A stretch of DNA of 64,000 nucleotides from Octopus sinensis (lineage: Eukaryota), in assembly GCF_006345805.1 (NCBI RefSeq), contig NC_043003.1, forward strand, positions 71,362,001 through 71,426,000, read 5' to 3'. Of the stretch, positions 13,548-26,571 are shown piece by piece. Under the pieces are notes generated by a model. It did no database searches. It was not told the DNA's origin and saw only the letters and a program-made list of their open reading frames with translations. The translations under genes were made by a program, and so were the position numbers. Position 1 is the first letter of the stretch; every line of letters begins with the position of its first letter.

Positions 13548-14562
13548 CAAACAATATACACATGAATATATAGTATGTAGAAGGGGTTATAGTTCAAGCT
13601 GTGTTTTTATAAAGCACTTCTGCATGTTCTCATTAATCAAATGTATTTATATAGATATTTTATTTCAGATGGGATATACATGGTGATTGAAACTTCAAGT
13701 GAATGCTATTTGCAGAGTATTTACGTGTCAAAACTGGAAAAAAATTGGTATAATTTCAATTCCATGTTACACATGCTTTATTACAGGACAGGAGTCACAA
13801 AGGCATACACATGCAGAAAAATATGTACATAATCTCCTGTCTGTAATTCTTCAAACTGATTCAAAAGTGCTTTTTTTCTACATGTATATCTTTCTGACCT
13901 TCTATCCCATACTGAAACATGTATAACATGGAATTAGAAATATACCAAACTTTCCAGAATTCTGTTTTAAGTTACACACACACACACACACATACTTGTG
14001 GGTGTGAGTGTGCGAGCATGTGTAATATATATGAATATAGGAAATATTTAAGGTTTCTAAGTTCTGGTTAGATTCCAAAGGGTGGCCAACTGAGACTATG
14101 GATATTAGTCAAACATTTCATTCCTGGGCTGCACTTAGGTCTCCTACCAGTTGGCTTGGCTTGAAGAATTCATCTTGCAGTTTGTTTCCGCAACATACTA
14201 ATTTTTATATTCATCATTGAGTTTTTGGTATAAAGGCTCAGCAATCATTTCAAAATAAACAGGATGATCTACTTAAATAAAATTAACTCCTGTTCAGGTG
14301 GTAGTGATTTTTACTTATATATTTGATAATGATTTCAGAGTGAGGTAATCTATTTTGGAAAATCAAATACTTTCGCCTTCATGGGTAGTAAGCCATTTGC
14401 CATTTATGTATTGTATCTCAATTTGTTAAGTCAGTCAACACTGCTATATCTTTTTCTTACAATATTTCATTAAAAGCAAAACAGCTGAGGATAGTTTGAA
14501 AATACCAAGCTATTCTTCATTCTTTTTGTTTAAGAAATTGTTTGATATCTCTCCTTTTGTAG

Positions 14563-14762
14563 ATACTGTTGTTACACATGCAAACTTTTTACGTTTCCGA
14601 AGAGGAGTTTACAATAATATTCATGGAGAGGATATGAAACCTGATGAAATGAAGAAATCAATGCAGCATTTTGAACATATGGATGTGGATAACAAAGGAG
14701 AAATTAACTGGAAAGATTTTATAAACAGTGAAGTCATCAGAATTCTCAAGCAACGGCCTGAA
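14563..14762 (+). CDS. PHF24: PHF24/GINIP-like gene, internal exon (EF-hand-like region)
   Basis: Acceptor ctccttttgtAG (14561-62), donor GTaatg (14763). Encodes DTVVTHANFLRFRR...MQHFEHMDVDNKGEINWKDFINSEVIRILKQRPE, which matches my recollection of human PHF24 (DCSLTLEDFLRYR...[33 protein letters not shown]). Starts phase 1, ends phase 0. Confidence 0.85.
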
Positions 14763-15018
14763 GTAATGTCTTAAAATATTTGAGTAAATTTTATAATTAT
14801 TCAAAATTTTATCATAAAACTCAGCAATTTTATCAATTTAAATTTCTTACTCATGATATTTAAATAGTAGCTGAACAACTTTTTAATTTATATTTGAGAA
14901 TTTGTCTTTGTCTTAATTTTTATATGCTTAGACAATTATTTTCCCTGTGATATATACCTTTCTAACATGATTTTGCATAAATCCTGTAGTTGACCATTTT
15001 GACAATTTTTATTTATAG

Positions 15019-15194
15019 CATAAGATAACATGTCTTTTAAAACCAAAAGAAATAGAAGAAATGCGTGCCATATTCAGAAGTATTGATAGCCTTGGCCAAG
15101 GATCTGCCAAAAAGAATGCTGTTCAAGGTGCATTCATTAAATGGCTAACTAAAAGGAAGAAAATCTCTGTTTCAAAAAGTAAATCCAGAAAATG
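15019..15194 (+). CDS. PHF24: PHF24-like gene, internal exon
   Basis: Acceptor tttttatttatAG, donor GTgagt (15195). Open frame HKITCLLKPKEIEEMRAIFRSIDSLGQGSAKKNAVQGAFIKWLTKRKKISVSKSKSRK, comparable to human NSLLRLLTVKERERARAAF. Phase 0 to phase 2, consistent with neighbours. Not in the supplied ORF track. Confidence 0.85.
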
Positions 15195-15748
15195 GTGAGT
15201 CAGTTATATCAGACTCTTGTATATCTTATACAATAGATAGATCTAGTCATTTTTGAATCCTTTAATATAACTTGTTTATTTCTTTCATATGTAGTTTAAC
15301 CTCCAGAATATCCCTGATTGAGCATAGCTATGATCCCAAGTGCTGGAACCATTTTATTCTGTGTATCCTTCTTTTCTGTGACTGTAAAATATAAGTTGAG
15401 AGAGATTTGGATGTTATTTCTAGCATGTCAAATTATTATGTAGATAAATGCTCTCTCATTGGTTCATTTTCAGTATGTATGTTTATGATGTTTAACATGA
15501 TTAACTTGACCAAGAATTGTCAGTAATATAACAATTGTAATTACAAGCTTTAATTGATTGGAGCACCATGTAAACAATCATTATTACATTCACTAAAGAA
15601 AGGAGTAAGAACTGTAAGAATTTATTATGAAAATTATACTAAATTTCAAATATCAATGTGGTAAGAGTTTAAATTTCATGATTTAATAGAAAACTGTTTC
15701 AGAAACTGAATAAATATTTATTCATTCAATGTTTGTTTATTGCTTCAG

Positions 15749-15814
15749 TTCTTTGGATGAAAAAAGAAACAAAGAATATATTCGCAAACGATCACTACCT
15801 GAAGATAATTCCAA
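15749..15814 (+). CDS. PHF24: PHF24-like gene, 66-nt exon
   Basis: Acceptor gtttattgcttcAG, donor GTaagt. Encodes (C)SLDEKRNKEYIRKRSLPEDNS(K). Phase 2 to phase 2, joins both flanking exons in frame. Confidence 0.75.
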
Positions 15815-15869
15815 GTAAGTTTCACGAACTTTATGGATTAAAAAATAAAGAAAGAAAGAAAAATGGTTT

Positions 15870-16059
15870 CAAATTTTGGCATAAGGCCAGTGATTTTTAG
15901 TAGGAGGGGGTTAGTCAATACCAAGTCTATTATTATGTCAACCCACCAAAAGGATGAAAGACAAAGTTAACCTGTGTGAGATTTGGGCTTAACATGTAAA
16001 GAACCAAAAAAATGCCATTAAACATTTTGTCCGACACTATGAATTCTGCCAGTTTACCA

Positions 16060-16095
<36 letters not shown>

Positions 16096-16535
16096 CCTCT
16101 CAGGATAGTTGATTATATTGACCACAATGTTTAACTGGTACTTAACCTGAAAGAATGGAAGACAAAGTCAACCTTGGCAGAATTTGAACTCAGAATGTAA
16201 AGATACTGCTAAGCATTTTGTCATCATCATCATCATCATTTAACGTCTGCTTTCCATGCTAGCATGGGTTGGACGGTTCAACTGGGGTCTGGGAAGCCAG
16301 GAGGCTGCACCAGGCCCAGTCTGATCTGGCAGTGTTTCTACAGCTGGATGCCCTTCCTAACACCAACCACTCCATGAGTGTAGTGGGTGCTTTTTACGTG
16401 CCAAAAGTTTGGTACAAGGCCAACAATTCCTGGGTTGAGAATATGTCGATTACATCAACCCCAGTACTCAACTGGTTCTTATTTTATCAACCCTGAAAGA
16501 ACAAAAAGCAAAGCTGACCTTAGTGGAATTGCTCA
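15870..16535 (-). mobile_element. Cluster of three decayed Deu/Nin-like SINEs and one RTE-tail copy (16222-16403) in a PHF24 intron
   Basis: Degenerate aaaggatgaaagacaaag cores, an (AAT)n tract and a (CAT)n-tailed element. Confidence 0.65.
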
Positions 16536-16859
16536 CTGCCTTAATAGAAGTAGTAGCAACAACAACTTAAAAATTTCTCAATTAGAACCAAAATAGCTAA
16601 GCCACATCTCTGTTTTCTGAGTGGTGATGGTGGTGGGGTGTCATGCAAAGAATCTACAACTCCAGTTGCTTTCCACGTTTATTTTTCCACATTTAATTTA
16701 CCTGTCTGAGTCTATGACTACACACCTATACACATAGAGCTGCTATTTGATAGATAGGGCTACAGTTTGATAAAATGCCTCTCTGACCATGGACCTCCAA
16801 AGGATAAGTAAAATACTAAATAAACAATTCCAAAGTATTTTCACTTCCCCACAGGGAGA

Positions 16860-17170
16860 CATTCAAATAAATGAGCCTAAAGTGTTTTGAAACACCACAG
16901 CCATTGATTACATCGACAAAAAGTGGAAGGATGTAATATCAGCCATTGATGATATGAACTTGGGCTCAGCAACAAGCTATGATGCTTTTCCCAGTGATTC
17001 TTTTAAAACATGCAAAAAAGCTCTTATAAACAGATGCTAAAAAATTATAGGCCTATCTCTCTAACCTTACGCATCAGCAAAGACACAAAACACACTGCTA
17101 GAAGGAAGCTGATCACATAGCCAACCTTATTTACTATATCTGTGAGTTGGGATTACCTCTGTTTCTCTAT
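16860..17170 (+). mobile_element. CR1-like RT fragment
   Basis: DVISAIDDMNLGSATSYDAFPSDSFKTC and KKYRPISLT-like text. Confidence 0.5.
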
Positions 17171-18639
17171 TGATGGTAGGTTTATATGTGGCTTATAACA
17201 CATTTCAGTTTAGTGCAAAGTGTTACATTTTTAGTGGTTACTGAATGGGGTAATGTCTGTAGAGCCACATTTGTTTTTCTAGATGTGTATCAGAAACAGT
17301 TAAATATTTTCTTAGTCATAGTGATTCAAACATTTTGTTGTCAGACCAATGTGGAAAACATTATTATTGCTTTCATTTTTTTTTCTGTTATTTGTTGAAG
17401 TCTGACACAATGCAGTTACTCAGTTGCTGCTTATGTAAGCGATACTGTATTATGCTTTAGCAATTGCAGTTTTCCTCCTTTTGGTTTGTTCTATTTGTAT
17501 TACAGATAATAGATTTTCCTTGTATAAGGTTTTGTAGTATACGTTATTTTATATTGTTGTTGCTGAATAATCTATGAAGCTAGTTATATTCATTGAAGTG
17601 TTTGTTGATTAAAGAGAGGGACAATTATGCTATGTAGGTTATAGTGTTGTTGCTAAGCAGTAGACTGAACCAGACCATACATTTTTCCATGATGGAAGTC
17701 CATTGCTTTTAGTGAGGGATTCATAAAGTTGAGGGTTCAGCCCTTTAGCATTTACAACAGCCACATTCAGCCAAATAATCCTACTTGTTTTGCATTAAAC
17801 TGGCTAGATCCAGTATCTCACACCTACCCTACAACATCATTCTAAAAATGAAAAATCACATCATCAAAATCTCAAAGCTATGAGATAATGCATGATTCAA
17901 AACTGTGAATAAATAAACATTGCATTTGAAAGACCTAGAAAAGCACTCGGAGAGCGCAGATCTCCGCCAAGCAGCTCATAAGATAGATATGTAAGTAAAA
18001 TTACTGAGAAATGGAAATAAACTTTGAAAAGAGCAATGCCACCATAGGTTATGTATTTTTTTTTTCTTTGGTTATCTTGTGAATCAGCAGTGTTTCTTTA
18101 ATTTTTTTCCCTTTATTTTTTTTTTGATGTTGATTTCCTTAAGAAATGAAACAATTTATTTTACCTTTCTCTATGTATGTTTAGTTGTTTAGGAGAACTA
18201 CTTATCTTACATTGTGACTATGACCATTGTAGTTTTGTTAGTGATAACTGCATAGACCGTTTGATTTATACACATTTTATTGATATTTGCATCACAAAGT
18301 GTATGATACCTGGTTTGTGTTATATTGCCACAGTAATGATTGGCTATATTCAAATAAAAGTCAATTTCATGTAAAAATTAAGCCCTTTTTATGGGAGCTA
18401 AAAAAAATCTCAAGTCATTCCTAAATTTTCACAGGCAACAGAATAATATTTGATGGTATGGGGGATTATCCTGTATATAAATGTTATGATAAGAATATGG
18501 AATTCACCATCATTACAATCTACTTTGATGTACAGTTTACACAAATATTAAGTACTCTAGCTCATTATCAAAGAAACACTGCAAATACTGTAATATAGTT
18601 AATGTGATACAAAATATATCATAATATTATTTATTTTAA

Positions 18640-18859
18640 CCCTTTCATTACCAACCCAGCTGAAACCGGCTCTGGCTCTGAGTACAAATGTCTTGTTTTC
18701 ATAAGTTTTGAATTAAAATCTTCCACCAAACCTTAGTCACAATGTATGTTGCTAACACTAGCTTAATGATAACTAAGTTATTTTACTAAATTCTTTGCTA
18801 TATATAAAGTAATTGAAAGAAACACAGAGCATCTTAAAATAAATACAGTAACAAAAGGG
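18640..18859. mobile_element. piggyBac-type MITE (220 bp)
   Basis: TTAA|CCCTTTCATTAC ... GTAACAAAAGGG|TTAA: TTAA TSD and CCC/GGG termini. Confidence 0.85.
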
Positions 18860-19500
18860 TTAAATTAATGTTATGTATTTACCAATATAATTCTTTGTGA
18901 TTTTTTTTTTTTTAACTTTATTCATTTAAGAGATTATTGGTTGTCAGGTGGGCTGCTGCTACTCATACAGTACTTTAGAGTGTACCTTGAATTTCAGCAC
19001 CTTAGAAAGAGGTCTGTGTAATAATTTGGCTCCTGAAATTTAGTCTAAAACAGTCATCTTTTTGATTAATACAAACAATATATAATACTACCTTAAAGAA
19101 GAGCACATTCAGCACTGGTTCTGGGATGTCACTTTACCTTTTAGTACTGATTATTTGTGATTATAACCGTGAATAATATTTTTGAGGAGATGTATTAACC
19201 GATAATTTATCTAATATGGTGGGTTGTTATTTGAGGTACTCTTCAATACTAATTCCAGCAGGTTCAGCAACCACATAGCAATTCCCTATTTAATTAATAT
19301 AATCAAACAGGGAACTGAATGTAATGATTAATTTAAGAAGTCAATATCTAGTTGACTTTACTTTCCAGACTGGGTTTTTTATTTTTTTGAGGAGAAAATT
19401 TGATCATTGCATTTGTCTTTTATTCTTTCTCACAATTTTTATATATTAAATATGATTTATATATATATATACTAAACATAGTGTTTTCTTTTTCTTATAG

Positions 19501-19618
19501 AACAATTACATGGCAAGACTTTGTGTCTCAATATGCTCTTGCAGCCGTTGCAGTTCGACCTAATACATATGGATATATTTACACTGATGAATATATTCAC
19601 TTACTAAGCAATTGTTGA
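19501..19618 (+). CDS. PHF24: PHF24-like gene, last coding exon
   Basis: Acceptor ttttcttttttcttatAG (19499-19500). Encodes TITWQDFVSQYALAAVAVRPNTYGYIYTDEYIHLLSNC*, matching the recalled human C-terminal motif [21 protein letters not shown]. Stop TGA at 19616-18. Confidence 0.85.
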
Positions 19619-22600
19619 GAGATATAATAATGAACTTAATGTGAACTGAATTTTGTGAATATCACAATTATTTAAACAAGAACTATTATTAAAAATGGAA
19701 TTAAGACAAACTCCTTACAAGAATATAATAACATAAATTGTCTCTTGAACACCAATGCATGATTAAATAGACAAAATCTCTTTGATTCTCTGAATGTGTT
19801 TTGTGCAAACTTTGCTGGTCCAACTAAACTGGAGAAAATAAAATTCTCTTGAAAGTTTAAAAACAAATTATAAAGAATAATGCTAAATCCACTGAACATG
19901 TTTCCTTTCCTTATGCTAAGATACGTGGCTCTAATTACAAATTTGATCCCATCCATCCAGTATGCTCGAGAAAATCTATTCTACTTTCATCCTCAAAAGG
20001 TGACTACATGTTTTTATAGGAGTTTCATCGACCACTTATTGCGATCATCTGGAAATCATCAAGCAAATTCCTACATTACAGCCAGGAAAATCATTTTCTA
20101 TGTCATTTTAGCAGTCTTTATAATACTACAAACATAGTACAGTAAACCATCATCATTCATGACATAGTACATTCACTTGTCTTTGAAATGTTTATACTTC
20201 AAGCCTCCAATGCATACAGTTTCTCTTGGCTTCCACACTTATTTTATACTAATCATAAAACCAAATCATTTGCCCCTGTGTTTAATCTAAACTAGCTAAC
20301 AGCCTCTCCTACATGTATCCTTGATCAACACACAATTAAAGATGCAGTGATCGAAAAACTAGCAGTATTTGTTCTACAAGTTCAAATCCTACCAAGTTTG
20401 GGAATCTTTAAATAAAGTATCAATCAAGTACTGCGGACAATTATCACCTGCCCATCTCTCTCTCAAAATTGGTTATGTTAAAAGGGCCAAAACAGGAATG
20501 CTTACATCATGCCTCTACAAATCATTTTCAAAAAACTCTGTATACTCAGTAAGAAAGATCAGTACATGGGATTTCTTAGGTCTTTTGAAATCTACATCAC
20601 ATCCAAATTGTTTTTCTGTTAGGCTGACCTCCACAGTGTACTCTACAGACACATCATTCAAGTTAACACTGTCATTAGTGCTAGAGACAGCCGCAAAATA
20701 TCCCTCAAATCACACCTTACTGTCTTAAAAATGGTTAACACTGTAGACCTCAGATAGTTTGAAAAAGTCAAGGTAATCATGGCTAGAATGCCTTTGGTCA
20801 TAGGTTTGCTAAATTACAGTTAATTTGGGGTTAATAAACAACAATAATCCAGTTATCTGCTTCTCAGGAACCTTTAGTGAAGTTTGCTGTGTTACATTTA
20901 TTAGAATCAAATTTTCACTTCTTTTCTCACTCATCTTTCTTCATAGACATTGACTTTCTGATATTCAGGCTAGATACCAGTTCCATCAGTCACACTAGTC
21001 TTCCAAAGCTTACAAAGTTGAAAGGCACCATTCTTTATTAATTTATTAAATCTGTGACTGACTCTGGCCTGCCCCTATAGACTGATCAGTGTGATTCTGC
21101 TATGTTTGATTTGAACATCTCTCAGTCATTCTCTGTAGGAAAAAATTGTAAGTGGGTAGTGAATTCTACAGAACATCAGTATGTGGAAGAGACAATTTAG
21201 AAAAAGTGCAGGTTACAGGAGATGAAAGATGAGGGGGTGGGGGTGAAAAGGAGTAAAACTGAGCATGTCAAGTAGAGGGATATGCAGCTAATTAGTTTAG
21301 AAGAACAAGGGCCATTGTATTTTTGATAGAAGACAGGACAGAAACAGTTTCTTTCTGACAGTGTGGTTACTTTAGAAAGCTATGTTTGAGTATATGGCAA
21401 CAACATCTTTGGAAATGTGTGACTATTTCCATTCTCTGCATCTGTACCAGTTGTATCATTTAATCATTTCTCCATCACCATATCTCTCTGCAGCTGAACA
21501 CTACACACTGGATCATTCAAATCAATTAATTTTTTGTTTGTTAAATTTATAATGATTACATTTTGTCACTCCTTTTATTCATCTTTAATCTACTTGATTT
21601 AGCTAATTGAGTGAAGACAATTGTTTTGGATATACTTTAATATCTTTATTCCTTATGGACAGACTTTAGTGAAGCAAGTAACTTGCTTCATCAGTAATAT
21701 GTGAAAAAGGACTATTGGGAAGTTTAATGTTTGTAACATGCAAATTATCATTCCATTTGAAGTACATCCAGACATAGTCTAAATGATTTCATTAAAGTTT
21801 GTTCAATATTTTTACTCAATTGTTTAGAAGACCCAATAATTTTACAATTTTCTCTTTTGAGGGATTTTATTTGGTGTGCAATAACTGAGTGAGGACTGTA
21901 AAGTGATGTCAAAAGCCAATGAAGAATATTTGCTGGAGATTACAGGGAATAAGATGCTAATTAATAGGAAGAGTGCATAAAATATACCTGAGAAATTGAA
22001 ATTGAGATCAGAAAATTTTGACAACATAAGCTACAATGATTTTAATATAATTAGAAAATATATTAAAACATTATTCAACCCCAACTAAAGAAATCCCCAA
22101 GCAAATGGATGATAAATGCCAGTCACTCTCTTCTCATACTCCTATGAACTTATCCACAACCCCTTCCAATCCCCAGTCTGTATTCTCTTATACTCACCTT
22201 CTTATACCTTGAGAGTATGATCTGACACCTCGTAACCAACATTTTTATCTCCTTTCTAACTACTATCACTCACATCTATATCATACAGGGTAGTCATGTA
22301 CCTCTTTTAGTCATACTTCAGCCTCTCAATACTTGGCATAAAACCAACTCCTCTACTACAGTACCACTCAGTTGAAGAGCCTTTTCCATTGTCTTGCAAG
22401 TTACATGATAACCTCACTAAAGTGTCACCAAAAAAGTACACAGTACTCTGAAAAGTAGCAGATGTTAGGAAGGACTTCCATCCATATGAACCATGCTAAA
22501 ACAGACATTGGTGTTTGATGGAGTTCGCCAGCTCATAGGATCCTGTCAAACCATCCATCCCATACTAGCATGGAAGACAGACATTAAATGATAATGATGG

Positions 22601-23689
22601 TAAATTGGTACTATTTTCTCCTTACAGTACTGTGAATTATTTAGACTGCTTTTGGGTGAAGTTATAACTAGGATAAAAAGTTTTAAAAAATCAGTAATTT
22701 ATTTCTAGTTAAATAGAAAACACTTTTAAATATATAGCTGACATACACATGACAGACTTAATCTGTTGACCATTATCTGGTCGATGGGTACACTAGGAGT
22801 CCACCACTGTGTTTTAAATATTTAGACTAGGTCTCCAGACTGAATTCCCTGGATGCAAATGTTCATCACAGCTGATTCAATTAGCCAAAATCAAATACAA
22901 ATTATTAAAATTCAGAGTATAACTCTATATTAATCTCAACTTTCTCTAAATGTTTGTAATTTTAAACTTTCCCAGAGGCTGATATTTTTTTTGTTGTTGT
23001 TTTGAACCAATGTTAACCATGGTGGAATTTTAATACAGAACATAAAAAGCAAACACTCTATTGATTCTGTGAATGCATCATTTTAAAAACTTATTTATTA
23101 CTGACCTTTATTGGATAACTGAGTTGAAAGACAAAGAACTGATTTGAATACTGCTAAGTATTTGCTATAATGCAATTTAGTTTCCATGATAAATCATCCA
23201 TTTCATTTAAGAATTAATGTCAATGATGTAAACAGAAACTAAAATATTTACATTAAGCTATTTTGTAGTTATATCTGTAGTTTTACATTTTAAAAAGTTG
23301 ATACTTAGTAACTTAGTAATTATTTACTAATATTTTATTTTTCTCATTTTCCTTTGTTTCTAGCAATTCATTGAGGCATATATATATATATATAATATAA
23401 AAGTCAATGCCTTTATGTGTATTCGTGTGTTACTTACAGACTCGAAAACTACTGGACCGATACTAATGTAATTTGGAACATAAAATCCAATCCTAAGAAG
23501 TGTAATGCCACGTTTCATGAAATTTTGAGGGGGCATAAAAGGGGGTAGAACCCCCTGTGAAAATTGGATTTTGATTAAATTTGAACCATAGGTATTAGAA
23601 GAAAATTTTAAAAATATACCCAAAATTTCCATTTCTTTTGATGATTCTAAGAATACCTAATGGGAGCTTAACTTCCAAATTTTAGTCAT

Positions 23690-24015
23690 TTTTCATGGAC
23701 CAAAATTACCTGCGCCTCTGAAAACCTTACTTATATCATAAGATGCTTGGGCTGTCATAAAAACTATATGCGTACCACAGGAATGTCTCTTAGACATAGA
23801 TGTACAGTTCACAGACAACAGATTCCTTTCACCACAATATCACTAGATACATCTCAGTGAATACATTGACAAATGTTCAGAACAACTTCAACCACAATTT
23901 CTAATCTTTTCATTATATCAGTGTGCTTTTTGGACCTCAAAACAAGTGCAACTAAATAAAGTGGCTTCATTTATCGAAAAATATAAGCCAGAACTGAATA
24001 TAAATTCATATTAAA
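23690..24015 (+). mobile_element. Penelope-like element, GIY-YIG endonuclease fragment
   Basis: ITCASENLTYIIRCLGCHKNYMRTTGMSLRHR...FIEKYKPELN with a frameshift and a stop. Confidence 0.75.
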
Positions 24016-24281
24016 AATTTCAGATTTATCTCCCTTTTACCTTGAAAATTACAGATTTATCTCCCTTTTACCTTGGTTACCAATTTTCCTCCACTAACAA
24101 ACACAACCTATCATTTCAAAATTTGAAAGGCTTCAGAGAAATCATTCATTTTATTAGAGAAAAAAAATCTTATTTTGTATAATATTGTATAATACTTTTA
24201 CCATGACAATTTGAATATATTCTTTAGTCTCATAAAACAAATCTTCTGTGTTTTTTCATCTTATTTCTTTCCTTGTATATT

Positions 24282-25670
24282 TGTAAAAATTAACACTTCC
24301 TTCTCCAAGCTTAGATTCGAAACTCACTCGGCTGAACCACCACAACCAACAGGTGTGAAAAAAAGATTTTCTTTGTCCTGTCAAAAAATGATAAATCACC
24401 TCCCTTTGACCTATGACCTCAGCCATGTCAGGCAAAGTTCAAATGGACAGGAGCTGACCTATTTAGACGCAATCTCTGCTGCAGTATGTCTATCCTTCTG
24501 GCTGCCACGGCTGTTATAAATACTGTGGTTGGCAGAAGGACAGACAAGAAAGGCTTTAACAGACAGACTGAAAGGCAGACTTTTTTTCAGATGATCGACA
24601 CACACACACAAAAACATATTCAGCTCTGAGATATCACCTCCACAGATGTTCCCAGTTTCTATTACTAGCAACTCGTAGCAGTTGTCAACAATTACATGTA
24701 GTGAAGAATATTGTATACCAAAAGCAAAGGCAAGTACAGTAAATAAATTATTTTAACTATGAATCAATGTCATTTATTTGTTTATTTCAAAGGCATCCAC
24801 ATGCCTATCGCGTTTGTTCACCTTAACACATACTGATACACACTTAACCACTACATTTGGTGACCCCCATCAAAGAATTGCAGCCTTCCGATGGAAACAG
24901 TTTTTGTACTGTGGTTAAATTTTTCCATTTCGGCACTACACTTTGTGACCCCATTAAAGAATCACAGCTTGCACATCACCCAGCAATGAAACAGAACTGA
25001 AAATTCCTGCAATTGATCGGCACACAATGGCTTTCCCACAACAGAATCCATCGGCAAACACATCCACGGTCGACATGGCGTTCTAGGCAGCGATTCCTAC
25101 CACCAATCCTTTCCTTTTGTCATCCATTGCTTTGGAAATTTCCGACTTGCGTGCATTGGTCACTCAGTAGGCATCACAGATACAGGCCCTGACAGAGCAG
25201 ATAGAAGCACTATTGCTTGGTACACCACGTCAAAGCAACAGCTGGTCGTGTCATTTTGGTAGACAGTCCTGAAGCCCTAGTGCTACCTGCAACTCGCATG
25301 AAATGCATTGGTACCACAGAAAGTTTGGATCCCGGATGTAGAAATGCATGATCCCATGCTCGTTTTCATCATCCAGTCCAGGAAACGACACAACCAGGAA
25401 TTGAACGCGATGGAAGTTCCTGGCTCTCACCCACGCAGTCACCTGCTTTTCGTTTGCGATCATTTAACAGGCACGTGTTTCCTTGTTGACACTGGCATGG
25501 AAGTCAGCATAATCCCTGTTTCCAGCACTTAAGGAAAAAGAAAAGGGACACCAGTCTGTCTTCAGGCAGTTAACCACTCACCCATTCCAACCTATGGTGA
25601 ACAGTCACTAATGCTGAACTTGGGACTACGCTGCACCTTCCAGTGGGTATTTGTCATAGCTAAACTGCTT
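24282..25670 (+). mobile_element. Gypsy LTR retrotransposon 5' part: LTR (24282-24855), PBS, gag knuckle and protease remnants
   Basis: TGTAAAA...CCACTACA LTR; PBS TGGTGACCCC (24858-67, tRNA-Trp type); HWYHRKFGSRM*KCMIPC knuckle; FLVDTGMEVSIIP protease site; LQAVNHSPIPTYGEQSL. Confidence 0.88.
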
Positions 25671-25739
25671 GAGTTTGCAGTTCAACATGAGAAAGTGCCC
25701 TTGTGTCAGAAATGCTTTTGTTCCCCTTTATGCTAAAAA

Positions 25740-26200
25740 TATTTCTCAGGTAGATGGTACAGAAACGGTTTAGTTTCTTTGCATGCCATTGATTGATAAT
25801 CTAGATTTCACAACCACAGTGCAGTGTGGTGAGAGCTACAGCTTGGAATCCCTTGATCTTTGTTTCTAGAGTAATGCCTCTCCTGTTCCACACATTCTTG
25901 TGGAGTCTGCCAAATGAGGCACTGGTATTGGCAAGTATGATGTTCACTTCATTACCTATAATGACAGTTAGGGAAAGTGTACTTTCCATCATATTTAGTT
26001 GATGAAAATGTTGGATTCAACACATTTTCCCCAGAGCTGGCTGATACATCACTTTGGTCATCTTTGTACTGATTGGCAGACTGAAATTGTTGCCGGCATC
26101 AGAGGATTAGTCAACGCTATTGCATATCCACCTCTGAGGCAGCGTTGAGGTCACAGTCATCGTTATTGATATTATAACCTTGGTTTTTGCTTGAAGACTA
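25740..26200 (-). mobile_element. RTE RT and post-RT fragment
   Basis: NNDDCDLNAASEVDMQ (YADD region) and SASFGRLHKNVWNRRGITLETKIK. Confidence 0.8.
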
Positions 26201-26279
26201 AGCCACCAGTATGGTAACTGATATAAATTCCAATATTTGTGTCTTTAAATGGTCTGTCAGTAAGGCTGAACAGGGTAGG

Positions 26280-26571
26280 AATAAGGATACAACTGTTTCA
26301 CTCTGGTATAAACAATACTTCTGGAGTTGGTTTTGTAGTGGAAACATTTTTTGTTAGCAAGCTGATTAGTTCCTAGAAAGGAATGAATAATTTGTCTGGT
26401 AGTGAGGATCTACTTCCCAATGAGCAGTAGTTAGCTATCATTACCAGTGGTTATGCTCCCTTTATGACCAGTCAGAACAAGATTAAGGTCAAGTTTTATG
26501 ATGTCTTTAATACTGTCATCCCTGCTATTTCCAAAGCAGACAAGTCCATCATTCTTGGTGACTTTAATGTG
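26280..26571 (+). mobile_element. RTE endonuclease fragment, cut off by an LTR
   Basis: SGVGFVV...GYAPFMTSQNKIKVKFYDVFNTVIPAISKADKSIILGDFNV. Confidence 0.8.

Noticed and set aside
13669-13926. Cys-containing ORF (CRVFTC...PCYTC) after a good acceptor, as a candidate PHF24 PHD exon
   Set aside because: No C-x4-H-x2-C spacing, the acceptor frame does not match the Cys frame, and there is no similarity to the expected upstream PHF24 segment.
20170-21640. Possible decayed LINE remnants, including ORF 20369-20728
   Set aside because: Only faint motifs (e.g. L*NSLP); too degenerate to classify.
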